A DNA stretch of 64,000 nt from an uncultured Bacilli bacterium (lineage in GTDB: Bacteria; Bacillota_I; Bacilli_A; RF39; UBA660): NCBI GenBank assembly GCA_910585045.1, contig CAJUCD010000001.1:111573-175572 (forward strand), in the 5' to 3' direction. Under the pieces are notes generated by a model. The model was not told the DNA's origin. It was given only the letters and a program-made list of their open reading frames with translations, and made no database searches. The position numbers were made by a program, and so were the translations under genes. Shown in pieces: positions 52,101 through 61,700 of this stretch (its first letter is position 1; each line of letters begins with the position of its first letter).

Positions 52101-52214
52101 CCTATGAATATGTTTGATCCTGATCACAATAGGCAAAATACAAAAAATAGAGTTGTAAACAAATTGATAAATTTCTTTGAAAAATTTTTTTGCATATCTA
52201 GTAGTAAATTTTAA
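49164..52214 (+). CDS. hsdR: type I restriction enzyme endonuclease subunit
   Basis: Helicase motifs TTGSGKT and FDECHRSQ, about 1016 aa. ATG at 49164 with a GGTGAAG RBS. Confidence 0.9.
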   Translation: MNIITENDNTTVLGKYVPVTKSDKSYQSESELEYELIRTLSCQGYEYLQINKDSDFINNLKKQLERLNNIKFTNNEWNKIYDNYLSNNNDGIVEKTRKVQQDYIFPIELDNGELKNIYIIDKENIHNNFLQVINQYINSDGNYNNRYDVSILVNGLPLVHLELKRRGIDLREAFNQIDRYQRDSFWAGTGLYEFIQIFVISNGTYTKYYSNTTREYHINNSKIKKSNSFEFTSYWADQENNTITDLIDFCKTFLSKRTLLNVLTKYCVFTSDEDLLVMRPYQIVATEKIINKIEIAHNYKCYGSVKAGGYIWHTTGSGKTLTSFKTAQIASSLEFIDKVLFVVDRKDLDYQTMKEYDRFKKGCANSNSSTSILEKQLRDKDSKIIITTIQKLDSFIKKNINHEVFLKHVVFIFDECHRSQFGDMHENIIRKFKNYYIFGFTGTPIFADNAMIKKGISQTTEQIFGERLHTYTIVNAINDKNVLPFRYEYIGRVDIKDNIEDEKVYGIDLEKVYNNNTRIEKIVNYIINSYSTKTKTSESYVYSVLDNVVEVARSKKIEEIKSKKNISGFNSIFAVSSIPMIKKYYEEFKKHSESNLKIALIYSYGVNEENGFVDENSESTENLSKSDRDFLEYAIIDYNKMFGTSYDTSVEKFQNYYKDVSLRMKNKEIDILLVVNMFLTGFDAKTLNTLWVDKNLKYHGLIQAFSRTNRILNSVKTFGNIVSFRNLENDLNNALSLFGDNNAHSVILLKSYDSYYNGYSEDGYSFIGYQSLVDELKSKYPLGIPILGEQNKKDFIKLYGAILKVSNILSSFDQFKGEELLEAREVQDYHSLYIDLYNEFRNISKRDKKDITDDITFEMELIKSIEVNIDYILSLVKKYHESHNQDKEILVTINKAIMSSPDLRNKKDLILAFIDSINENSDDIYSDFEMFMNSKKREELDIIIAEEKLDVEETYKFIEKSFQNGEVNSNGTELSNILPPMNMFDPDHNRQNTKNRVVNKLINFFEKFFCISSSKF

Positions 52215-52503
52215 CATTTTATGATAGGATTATTATAGTCACTTGGGAATGTGACTAATGAAACATATAAACATATAGTGTCTTTTAATATAAAGACATA
52301 AATAGGTAAATAACCTATGATTTAAAGTTCAAAATATAAGAACTGGTTACATATTTATTCCAACAAACAAGTTTGGATAGTATTCCCTTGTTTTTGTAAT
52401 GGATTAATATGTCCAGTTCTTTTTACGTGTTCCTAAAAATACTGGTAAAGGAAGGAGGATAAAATGGAACTACTAGATTTGATAATCTTATATTGGAAAG
52501 ATA

Positions 52504-53016
52504 ATGAAAAAAGAAATAGAACCTTTTATAAATTTAGTAATACCAGAAGCAGTATTAGGAGATAATAGACTAACATTTTTAGAAAGAGTGTTATTAATTG
52601 AAATAGTGTCGCTATGTAAGAAAAATGGATATTGTTGGCCAACTAATAGATATTTTATGGGTAAGTTTGATTGCACAAAACCTACAATATCAAAAAGTAT
52701 AAGTAGTTTATCAAAATATAACTATATTGATATAGAAATCAATAATAGTGAAAAAAATAACGCAAAGAGAATAATTAGGTTATCTGAGGTATTAAAGAAA
52801 AGAATAACAAGTATTCAAGAAAATGCTAATGCTAGTATTCAAAATAATTTTAACCATTATAGTAAATATAAAAATAATAAAGAAGATATATTAAACGATA
52901 TTTATTCAGTTGATGATGAAGGTAATGAATATTGGCATGGAATAAAAATTGAATCAGAAAAAATGACAGATGAAGAAGTGAGAGAATTAGAAGATTTATT
53001 AAAAAAATTCAAGTAA
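52504..53016 (+). CDS. winged-helix DNA-binding protein of mobile-element type (replication/regulatory?)
   Basis: LTFLERVLLIEIVSLCKKNGYCWPTNRYFMGKFDCTKPTISKSISSL resembles phage/ICE HTH proteins. Confidence 0.5.
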   Translation: MKKEIEPFINLVIPEAVLGDNRLTFLERVLLIEIVSLCKKNGYCWPTNRYFMGKFDCTKPTISKSISSLSKYNYIDIEINNSEKNNAKRIIRLSEVLKKRITSIQENANASIQNNFNHYSKYKNNKEDILNDIYSVDDEGNEYWHGIKIESEKMTDEEVRELEDLLKKFK

Positions 53017-53076
53017 TAAAGGAGGAAAGAATAAATAATATGTGTAAACAAGTCATAAATTTAAATGAGGTGGCTT

Positions 53077-53169
53077 ATGTTTAATATAACTGAAACTTTT
53101 AAAAATGATTCTCCTAATTTTAATGAACTGGTATCTAAATATATAAAAAGTGTGATTAATAATGTCTGA
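53077..53169 (+). CDS. small ORF (30 aa) upstream of the recombinase
   Basis: GAGGTGG RBS. Overlaps the next small ORF via ATGTCTGA. Confidence 0.25.
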   Translation: MFNITETFKNDSPNFNELVSKYIKSVINNV

Positions 53170-53245
53170 CATCATAGATGTGTTAAGTTTAATGTGTTAT
53201 ACTATAAGTGGCTTTAATTTGTTATACAAAGAGAGAGGAGAGTAA
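53162..53245 (+). CDS. small ORF (27 aa) immediately upstream of the recombinase
   Basis: Translationally coupled chain ending 3 nt before the recombinase TTG start. Confidence 0.25.
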   Translation: MSDIIDVLSLMCYTISGFNLLYKERGE

Positions 53246-53248
53246 AAA

Positions 53249-54835
53249 TTGTATAACACTTTAATACAGATGCCAGAATATTATAGAGCAGGAATTTATA
53301 TAAGATTATCAGAAGCTGATGAAGGAAAATCTTACGAATCTGATAGTGAGAGTGTCCTTAATCAAAGAAATATACTAATGAATTATGTAAAAGAAAAAGG
53401 ATTTGTCTTTATTGATGAATATGTTGATGATGGTTATTCAGGTACTAACTTTGATAGACCTGGGTTTCAAAGACTAATTGATGACATAAAAAGTAAGAAA
53501 ATCAATTTAGTTATTGTTAAAGATATGTCTAGATTAGGTAGAGATCATATCCTAACAGGTTATTATGTAGAAAATTTTTTCCCTGAAAATGGAATAAGAT
53601 TTATTTCTATGCAAGAAGGATATGACAATGCTATTAACCAAGCTAGTAATGATTCATCAACATTTATATTTGCTTGTAATGATTATTATAGTAAACAAAA
53701 TTCTATTAAAATTCGTAATGTTCTAAATGATAAAAGAAGAAATGGTAAATTTATAGGTAGTATGCCAAGTTTCGGGTATTTAAGGGATCCTGAAGATAAA
53801 GGACACTTAATACCAGATCCAGAATATGCACCTGTAGTTAAGAAAATATTTGAAATGGCTTATAATGGAGTAGGATTATCTGATATAACTACTTATTTGA
53901 ATGACAATAAGATTAAAACACCAAGTAGTTTAAAAAGGAAAAATCCTAATTCTAAAGGTAAGTACAATGAAATGTGGACTATTTCTTCTGTTAAAAAGAT
54001 ATTAAAGAATCAGATGTATGTTGGTGATATGGTTCAAAGTACACAGACTAAAGTGTCATATAAATCTAAAAAGAAAAAGGATTTGCCAAAGAGTAATTGG
54101 GATGTAGTGCCTAACACTCATGAAGCTTTAGTTGATAGATATATATTTGAAAGTGTACAAAATAATGTTAAAAGAACTACCAAATCTAATGTTACTAATC
54201 GTGATAAGAGATTATTTGAAAACTTACTATACTGCAAAGAATGTGGTAATACTTTAACAGTATCTTATAGAAAGAATCATAATTATTGGACTATTAACTG
54301 TAATAGGTATTCAAGAGATCCTCGAAGAAGAATGTGTGAACCACATTTTAGTCCATATGATAAACTTGAAGTTGCTTTGCTAGAAGTTATCAAAAAGACT
54401 TGTAAAGAGTATATTGATAGTTTAAATATTACTGAACTATCTAAGGATGCAATAAGCAGTAAGAAGAAAGATAATCATGCTAATGAACAAATTAATGAGC
54501 TAAAGAAACGTGAAAAAGAATATGTAAGTAAATTGGATATGCTTTATCAAGATAAGTTTAAAGGTGTAATATCAGAAGAAACTTTTACAAGAATTACTAA
54601 AGATACAGAAAATTCATTGAATAAGATACGATATGAGATAGAAAAATTACGAAATAATAAAAAGGAAGAAAAAGTAAATAAAAATGACTTAAAAGAATAT
54701 GAAGATAAAATTAGAGAACTTATAAATATTGAAAATCCATCAAGAGAATTTTTACAAGCGTTAATAGATAAAATTATTATTGATAAAGATAGAAATGTTG
54801 AAATAATGTATAAATTTAGTATATTGAATAATTAA
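53249..54835 (+). CDS. large serine recombinase (integrase)
   Basis: N-terminal resolvase catalytic domain YIRLSEAD...DDGYSGTNFDRPGFQRL...VKDMSRLGRD, a recombinase domain, a Zn-ribbon CKECG...C, and a coiled-coil tail. Confidence 0.9.
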   Translation: MYNTLIQMPEYYRAGIYIRLSEADEGKSYESDSESVLNQRNILMNYVKEKGFVFIDEYVDDGYSGTNFDRPGFQRLIDDIKSKKINLVIVKDMSRLGRDHILTGYYVENFFPENGIRFISMQEGYDNAINQASNDSSTFIFACNDYYSKQNSIKIRNVLNDKRRNGKFIGSMPSFGYLRDPEDKGHLIPDPEYAPVVKKIFEMAYNGVGLSDITTYLNDNKIKTPSSLKRKNPNSKGKYNEMWTISSVKKILKNQMYVGDMVQSTQTKVSYKSKKKKDLPKSNWDVVPNTHEALVDRYIFESVQNNVKRTTKSNVTNRDKRLFENLLYCKECGNTLTVSYRKNHNYWTINCNRYSRDPRRRMCEPHFSPYDKLEVALLEVIKKTCKEYIDSLNITELSKDAISSKKKDNHANEQINELKKREKEYVSKLDMLYQDKFKGVISEETFTRITKDTENSLNKIRYEIEKLRNNKKEEKVNKNDLKEYEDKIRELINIENPSREFLQALIDKIIIDKDRNVEIMYKFSILNN

Positions 54836-54910
54836 AACTTTTTCCCAAGTCGGGAAGAAGTATAACATAAAATGATAAACTACTTATAAGCTGCATTAGA
54901 AGGTGGAGTA

Positions 54911-56200
54911 ATGAAAGCAAAAAAAGTATCAAGAATAAAAGATATCGAAGTTTTATTTGAAGTAATTAAAAATATGAAAGAATATAGAGAAAATAGCGAA
55001 AATGGGTTAGTTATATTATTAAATGGTTCATGGGGATCAGGGAAAACTACTTTTTTAAATGATTTTGAAAAGGCGATAAGTGAAAGTAGTGATTATGGGC
55101 TATTATGCAAATATAATTCCTACGAGTATGATTTTTATGAAACTGCTTATATTCCCTTTTTTTCAACGATTGAAGATAGATTAAAGTTGGGTAATAATTT
55201 TAATAAAATTGTAAAATGTTTAGGAAGAGATACATGTAATTTTTCTTTATCTACTTTATATATGGTGATTAATGCTATTACAAAAATTGTTAATGTAGAT
55301 TTAAACGATCTAAAAGATAATATGATAGAAATTCAAGAAGAAGATTACTTAAAGAATTTTAAAGATTTTAAAGAATGCAAAGAAGAAATAAAGAAAAAAT
55401 TAAAAAAGTTATGTAAAAAGAACACTCAAATATTTATTATAGATGAATTGGATAGATGTAAGCCAAGTTTTGCTATGGAAACTTTAGAAATTATTAAGCA
55501 TTTTTTTGATGTTGATAATTGCGTTTTTATTATAGCAGTAGATAAGATTCAATTACAAGAAGCAGCAAAAACAATATATGGGCAAGATATGGATAGTGAA
55601 AAGTATTTTAGTAAATTTTTTGACTATCAGCATAATTTATTTCCTTTAGATTTTTATGAAACTATAGACATTAATGATATAGAAGAAATAGATATTATAA
55701 TTAAGCAATCTGCAAAAATATTTGAATTTTTAGATGTATCAACTAGAGATAGTAAGAAAATTTTTAATGAATTTGTTATTAAATATAAAAATTTTACTGA
55801 GAATAATAATTCTTGGTCATTAGAGCAGTCGATATTTATGATTTTTTTATTAACATTAAAGTATATTGATTTATTATTTTATAATGAAATTTTACATGGT
55901 AATTATCCTCAATTTTCAAAAAAGCTAATTAATAGTTTAGAAAGCAAGCTAAATAATTACCATAGTTTATTGAATACAAAAATAGGTTCAGAAAACGAAA
56001 CTTTTGATAGTGTTCTAAGAAATCTTGATACATATTTTGATTGTCGTTATGTTGAGCTCCATCGAGCATATTATTCAGATTCTTTCAGAGGAGAAAAATA
56101 TCAAAGAGAAAAAAATGCTCTTATTAGTTTAATGAATTATGTCCCTCAAATTGAAGTAAATTTAACTTATAAGCAAACTATAAAAAGAATAATTAATTAG
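54911..56200 (+). CDS. KAP-family P-loop NTPase
   Basis: Walker A GSWGSGKTTF and Walker B IFIIDELDRC. It is the last gene before attR. Confidence 0.7.
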   Translation: MKAKKVSRIKDIEVLFEVIKNMKEYRENSENGLVILLNGSWGSGKTTFLNDFEKAISESSDYGLLCKYNSYEYDFYETAYIPFFSTIEDRLKLGNNFNKIVKCLGRDTCNFSLSTLYMVINAITKIVNVDLNDLKDNMIEIQEEDYLKNFKDFKECKEEIKKKLKKLCKKNTQIFIIDELDRCKPSFAMETLEIIKHFFDVDNCVFIIAVDKIQLQEAAKTIYGQDMDSEKYFSKFFDYQHNLFPLDFYETIDINDIEEIDIIIKQSAKIFEFLDVSTRDSKKIFNEFVIKYKNFTENNNSWSLEQSIFMIFLLTLKYIDLLFYNEILHGNYPQFSKKLINSLESKLNNYHSLLNTKIGSENETFDSVLRNLDTYFDCRYVELHRAYYSDSFRGEKYQREKNALISLMNYVPQIEVNLTYKQTIKRIIN

Positions 56201-56220
56201 TTACACAATGACTATCGCCA

Positions 56221-57162
56221 GGTGGAGATGGTGCTGAAATAATTTATTCTTTAAGAAATAGTGATAATTTATCTCGGACTATTGCTAATGAATTTGTTAA
56301 ATCTGGTCAAAATGTAAGAAAATATTATCAAAGAAGATTACCAAGCGATTCTAGTAAAGACTATTATTACATGCTTAGAAATACCCCTAACAATGAATCT
56401 ATAATTGTAGAATATGGTTTTGCAGATTCTAAAGGTGATGATGTTAATCAAATAAAAAATAATTGGAAAGAACTTACTGAGGCTGTTGTGAGGGCTTTGG
56501 CAAGTTATGTTGGTGTTCCTTATACGCCTCCAAATGGTCAAGGTAATATGGGCAATTATTATGTAGTAAAAAAAGGTGATACTTTATATGGAATTGCCCG
56601 TAGTTATGGAATTAGTTTAGATGAACTAAAAGCTGCTAATAATTTAACTAGTAATACATTGACAGTAGGAAGTACTCTTGTAATTCCTAGTAAGCAAAAC
56701 GAAAATACATCACAGGATTATTATATCGTTCAACCTGGAGATACATTGTATAAAATAGCAAATAAATATAATATGACTGTGAATGAATTAAAGACTTTAA
56801 ATAATTTAACTAATAATGTTCTCAATATTGGGCAAAGATTAAAAGTTGTTAAAAATGATATGCCAGCGGCTAATGTATATATAGTAAAATCTGGTGATTC
56901 TTTGTATAGTATTGCTAAACGTTATGGAGTGTCTGTTGATGAATTAAAACGAGTTAATAATAAGACTAGTAATTTGCTTACAATTGGAGAAAGTTTAAAA
57001 ATTCCTTTAGATAATCAAGATAATAATTATTATACAGTTAAATCTGGTGATTCTTTATGGTCGATATCTCAAAAGTTTAATACAACAGTTGATAATTTAA
57101 AAAGGTTAAATAATTTAAATAGTAATATTTTAAGCATTGGTATGAATCTGAAAATTTCTTAG
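56221..57162 (+). pseudogene. 3' fragment of the split amidase (rest of Amidase_3 domain plus four LysM repeats)
   Basis: The frame is open from GGDGAEIIYSLRN at 56221 and in frame with the track ORF 56371-57162. There are four YxVKxGDxLxxIAxxY LysM units. Confidence 0.85.
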
Positions 57163-57195
57163 AAACTTTACTTAATTGTAAAGTTTTTTCTTTTA
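57163..57195 (+). terminator. rho-independent terminator after the amidase
   Basis: Stem AAACTTTAC / GTAAAGTTT followed by a T-run. Confidence 0.6.
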
Positions 57196-57255
57196 ATTTT
57201 TTTTAATAACACATATATATGATCCTTTAAATTAATATTTTGGTGGTAAAAATAT

Positions 57256-57284
57256 TTGACTTTTTAAAATCTTTATGTTACTAT
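57256..57284 (+). promoter_or_regulatory. sigma-A-like promoter
   Basis: TTGACT, 17 nt, TACTAT with an upstream TG. Confidence 0.4.
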
Positions 57285-57311
57285 ACATTGTAAATTTTTA
57301 GGGGTGATTAT

Positions 57312-58586
57312 ATGGCTAGAGGGAGAAGGGAAGCGCCTAGAAATAAACAGGCCGTTAGAAATAGTTATTTATATTCAGCTGCAAATCAGGATTTAAAAAT
57401 AAGCGATAATAGTGAAGGATTTGTAGTAAGTAGAAAATTAAAAGAGAAAAAAAATAAAAAGCAGCCTAGAGCGTGGAAATTTGATTTTTTTAAGAAAAGA
57501 AATTTCAAATTATTTTTTAAACTTGGAACAATTTTAGTGACAAGTTTAGTGGGCTTAGTATTTTTAGCTAAAGGTTTTAGTGGTATAGTAAGTAATCTTG
57601 TGTTTGATAAAAGCGAAGATAATGATGATGATTTAGTTAAAAAGCCAAAAACTGAAATGGTTTCGTCAGAAAATAATTCGCATAGTGAAAATACTTTTGA
57701 TCTTTTTGAAACTTCTAAAATTTTTTGGGAAAATGGAAAACAGTTAAGTGATTTTATATACAAGCCAATAAATAATAATTATAGCTTGGATGAAGGTATA
57801 GAAATAAATTTTGATTTAATGCCTTCAGCAGATTCATCTCGAACATCAAATGTAACTTTGGATGTTGCTTTATCTCATGTAGAAGCTACACAGTCTGATT
57901 TTAATTTTTCAGAACTTACACCAGAAGAAAAAGTTGATTACTTAATGAATGAATTTGATTTAACTTTAGAACAGTTACAATCAATGCTTGGTGATATGAG
58001 TACTCAAGTAGCAAAAGAGCTTGCGCCGCCTATACAAAAATTAAGTGTTGAATCTAGTTCTTCTCCTAATATTATTCAATTAGATTTTTCAGAATACTAT
58101 AGATATGAAGGTACTGATGAAGCCTTAATGCAGGTTTATAATGTATCACCAGAGGAATGGGTTGTAATTTGTCAAACTTTATTACATGAAGCCGGACCAA
58201 AACATGGTTACATTGAGGCATTTGCAGTTACAACAACCCTTATAAATAGATTAGCGGCACAGCATAATAATATTTATTATATGCTTACTTATAAAGGACA
58301 ATATCAATCATATTTTGATGGATATTATAAAGAAATGGGAGATATCTATCAAGATATATATGCGGATAGTATGGCTGGCATTCGTGATGCATTTTATAAT
58401 TTTGCTATTAGTCAAAAAAGAATTCATAATGATTATGAGTTTAGAACTGGCGGTACTGGTAAATATTCACGATATTATACTGTTGGTGGTAATGAATATG
58501 GTATAACTAAATCTGACTCTTTTTATACGTATGTAGAATTTGATTTAACACCTTTACAAAATTTAGGGTTGACTTTAACTCCATAA
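57312..58586 (+). CDS. membrane-anchored protein with C-terminal SleB-like cell-wall hydrolase domain
   Basis: Basic N-terminus plus one TM segment. The C-terminal LLHEAGPKHGYIEAFAVTTTLINRL...GQYQSY resembles Hydrolase_2/SleB. Confidence 0.6.
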   Translation: MARGRREAPRNKQAVRNSYLYSAANQDLKISDNSEGFVVSRKLKEKKNKKQPRAWKFDFFKKRNFKLFFKLGTILVTSLVGLVFLAKGFSGIVSNLVFDKSEDNDDDLVKKPKTEMVSSENNSHSENTFDLFETSKIFWENGKQLSDFIYKPINNNYSLDEGIEINFDLMPSADSSRTSNVTLDVALSHVEATQSDFNFSELTPEEKVDYLMNEFDLTLEQLQSMLGDMSTQVAKELAPPIQKLSVESSSSPNIIQLDFSEYYRYEGTDEALMQVYNVSPEEWVVICQTLLHEAGPKHGYIEAFAVTTTLINRLAAQHNNIYYMLTYKGQYQSYFDGYYKEMGDIYQDIYADSMAGIRDAFYNFAISQKRIHNDYEFRTGGTGKYSRYYTVGGNEYGITKSDSFYTYVEFDLTPLQNLGLTLTP

Positions 58587-58733
58587 AATTAAATTTAAAT
58601 ACTGTTTTTAAAATAATTTCTCTTTACTTAAGAGAAATTTTTAGTTATAATATAAAAGGTACTTGATTAATTTTAATAATCATGCTATAATTTGAAATAA
58701 AAAATGTTTTTATGGATGAAAGCGGGATATATT

Positions 58734-61700
58734 ATGGCGAAGGGTAATGGTTCGATAAGTAGTGTAGATATCAATGGTTTTAGCGCAGATTTATCTCCTA
58801 AAGCAGTTGATTTATCTAGAAAATTAGAAAGTTTAAAAGAGTCTCAAAGGGAAATTGAAAAGCAGCTAGCAGAAATTTTAAAACAACGTGACGAGTTAAA
58901 AAAAGAGATTTTGGCAGTAGGTGCTATGGTCAAAAAAGATATTGATCGTACTTTTTCTTTGTATGCACAGAGTTTAATGAATGCATTTAATGGTTTTAGA
59001 GATGTAGATAATCCTATTATGCAAGAAGCAGTAGATGCTAAAGTGTCTTTATTAAGAGATTTGTACGTTATTAATAATACTTTTAATCCTGAAGAAGAAA
59101 TAGTAATTTTAAGTAATCGAATGGCTGTTAATGTTTCTCAGGCTGATAAAGCAGAAGAATTGTTAAGAGAAATAAATAAACCATTACCAAATATTAAAGA
59201 AGTTAAACCTGAGGTGCAGTCAGTTCCAAAAGCCTCAAAACCATCTGCTGCAAAAGCCTCTACATCCATTCCTAAAGCTCGAGGACGCAAAGCTCTTTCT
59301 CCAGAAATTAAAAGCAATAAGGCTTTTATAACAAAATTAGAAAAAGAACTTCAAAAATTGGAGGCTGATTCTTTAAAAAAAGAAGGTATTTTAGAGCCTG
59401 CTATTAATGGTAAAGAGATATTTGTTAATTTATTACCTGAATATAATGGTTTATATACGGCAGTTAAGATTCTTAGAGAAGCTAATGAAAGTAATTTATC
59501 TTTAGTTTCCACTTTAGATGTTGCATATTTACCAGAAGATATGCAAGCTGATTTTGAAAAAGCTCTTTCATCTACTACTTATTATAAGAAAAAATATTCT
59601 GAGCCACAAAGAATGGTTTCAGAAAATGCAAGTTTAATAGAAGGTTTAAAAGGATTTTTAAGTAATTTAGAGTCTGATATTCAAAATCATGTTGGTGTAG
59701 CAATTCCTAAAAATTCTATAGATAGTTTTGAACCACTTTCGATTGAAAGTCATGTATTACGTGATAATATTCTAGAGATGATAGATATTCTAAAAGATTC
59801 TAAGGGGCAACTTACTAATGTATGGAAATTAGGTAATGTAAAACGTACTCATGTTAATAGATTTAAAGAATTAGTAAAAGATTCTTATAAGGCTTTAGCT
59901 GTAGTTGCGCCTACTTTTATGGCTGTTTCAACTGTTAAAGATAATTTAGAAGTTTTAAAAGAATTAAATTCTGGCTTTGGAGATTTTTATCAAGAAAATG
60001 TAGATAATTTAGAACGTTTAAATGCTTATATTACAAGATATAATATTATTCTTTCTTCAATTGGTTTAGGAGCTAGCAGACTTAAAAAAGCATCTGATGG
60101 TGTTTTAATAGATAAAAATTTAATATCAGAATATGAGCAATCTTTAGAATTATTAAAAGAGAAAACAGTTCAAGAAGTTCCAGATTATTTAAAGAGTATT
60201 AACTTAGATTTTAAAGTAAATAATGATATATTATATTCTTCAAATACTATAGCTAGTCTTAAATCTTTTATAGAAGATAAAATAGAAGAACAAAGGTTGG
60301 CAACTCTTGCTAGGATAAAAGAAACTGAAAGATCAGAGTTTGTTAGAGATTTAGTTGATAGATATTTTGAAGAATTAAAACAAGGAATGTTTAATAAAAT
60401 AGTTTTGAATCCTAATTATATTAAGCAAAAATCTGAGAAACCAAAAGTATTAAAGAGAGTTTTAGAGTTACCTCCTAGTAGAGAAGAAAGAAGAGTTAAT
60501 AGAGCTTCAAATGTTACTACAGATAAAGTTATATATTTAGAAGAAAAATCTTTTTCAACTGTATCTGAAGAACAACTTTTGTTCAAATTGAAAGAAATAG
60601 CTAAAATTACAGATGAAGATGAAATGACTAAAGCTATAGCTGATTTAATAGGCGTTTCAATATCAAGTGAAGTTGAGCAAATAATTGAGGAATATAAAGA
60701 TTATGTTCCTAAAGATGGTTATGATTATGTTTTACCACAAACTAGAGCCAAGGTATTGTTAGAATTACCTTCTAGTAGAATAGAAACAAGATTACAAGAG
60801 CTTGGACAAGTAAAATCAGTTTTAGATCCAAACAAAATTATAGAGTTAGGTGCACTAAGTGGGCTTAGAGTAGGCTTATTGGAATTACCGCCAAGCAAAA
60901 AAGAGGTTAAATTAAAGGAAATTTCAGAATCAAATCAAATAGCTACTTCAACTAATGTTATAGAATTACCTTCATCAAGTATATTTGAACCTAAAGTATC
61001 TGAACCTACTATTAGTCAAACTACTGCTAATACAGCTGCCGAGACTTTAAAAGAAAGTTTAACTAAACCTCCTGTTTCGTCTATAAGTCAGGAAGCTAGT
61101 GGGGTTGTTAAAGCAAAAACTGTAGATGAGTTAGTTTTGCTTATTGAGTCTTATAATAAAGGCGCGGGTGTAGTTAATGCGCCAAGTGCAATTTCTGAAG
61201 AAAGCCAAGAAAAAGTTAGTTTGATTACTGATAAACTTCAAGCTATATTAGATATTAAAGATGCTAAAGTTCGTTCAGAAGCAATTAGGAATTTTAGAGT
61301 TAAAGAACCTGATATTTCAGTAAGATCTGTAGAAAATATTTTGGAAGAAGTCCATAATTATTATGATGTGGTATTTAATGGTGAAAATAAAGAACTTATT
61401 GCTAATCCTTTATCTCAACATGCGAATAAGTTAATTGCTTTATTGTATTCAGTAAATCCTGATGATAGAAATCGTTTAATTTCTGAATTATCATTATTTA
61501 GTCCTGAAGGTTCTCGTGAGTTAAGTGAGATAATTGATAGAGTAGAAAATTATAATCGTGTTCCAGTAGAACCTAAGAAGAAGTTAACTGAGAAAGAATT
61601 AAGTGAGAAGTTATTGGCTGCTTTAAATTCAAATGATGAAAATCAATTAAAAGATTTTTCAATATTTGGAGATTTAGGAGTAAGAAGAATTAATCCAGAA

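Larger units (their letters stand above)
41517..56227. mobile_element. roughly 14.7-kb integrated element mobilised by a large serine recombinase, carrying defence cargo
   Basis: A shared 9-bp core CAGGTGGAG sits at 41508-41516 (attL) and 56219-56227 (attR). The element-side arms GATAATCGTTGTGTAAC (41519-41535) and GTTACACAATGACTATC (56200-56216) are 15/17 inverted repeats. Together they give a 47-bp palindromic attP. The recombinase gene is near the right end. Confidence 0.85.

Noticed and set aside
52338-52421. A 9-bp inverted repeat AAGAACTGG/CCAGTTCTT spans about 66 nt and is followed by a T-run after hsdR. It could be a small RNA or an att relic.
   Set aside because: The long loop has only weak internal pairing, and no second copy or associated gene is present. 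There is too little evidence to call anything beyond a possible terminator.
52465-52566. A 33-codon ORF (MELLDLIILYWKDNEKRN...) has a strong GGAAGGAGG RBS and overlaps the start of the wHTH gene.
   Set aside because: It may indicate a mis-set start or a frameshift in the 52504 gene, or a leader peptide. This cannot be resolved from the sequence alone, so it is not reported as a gene.
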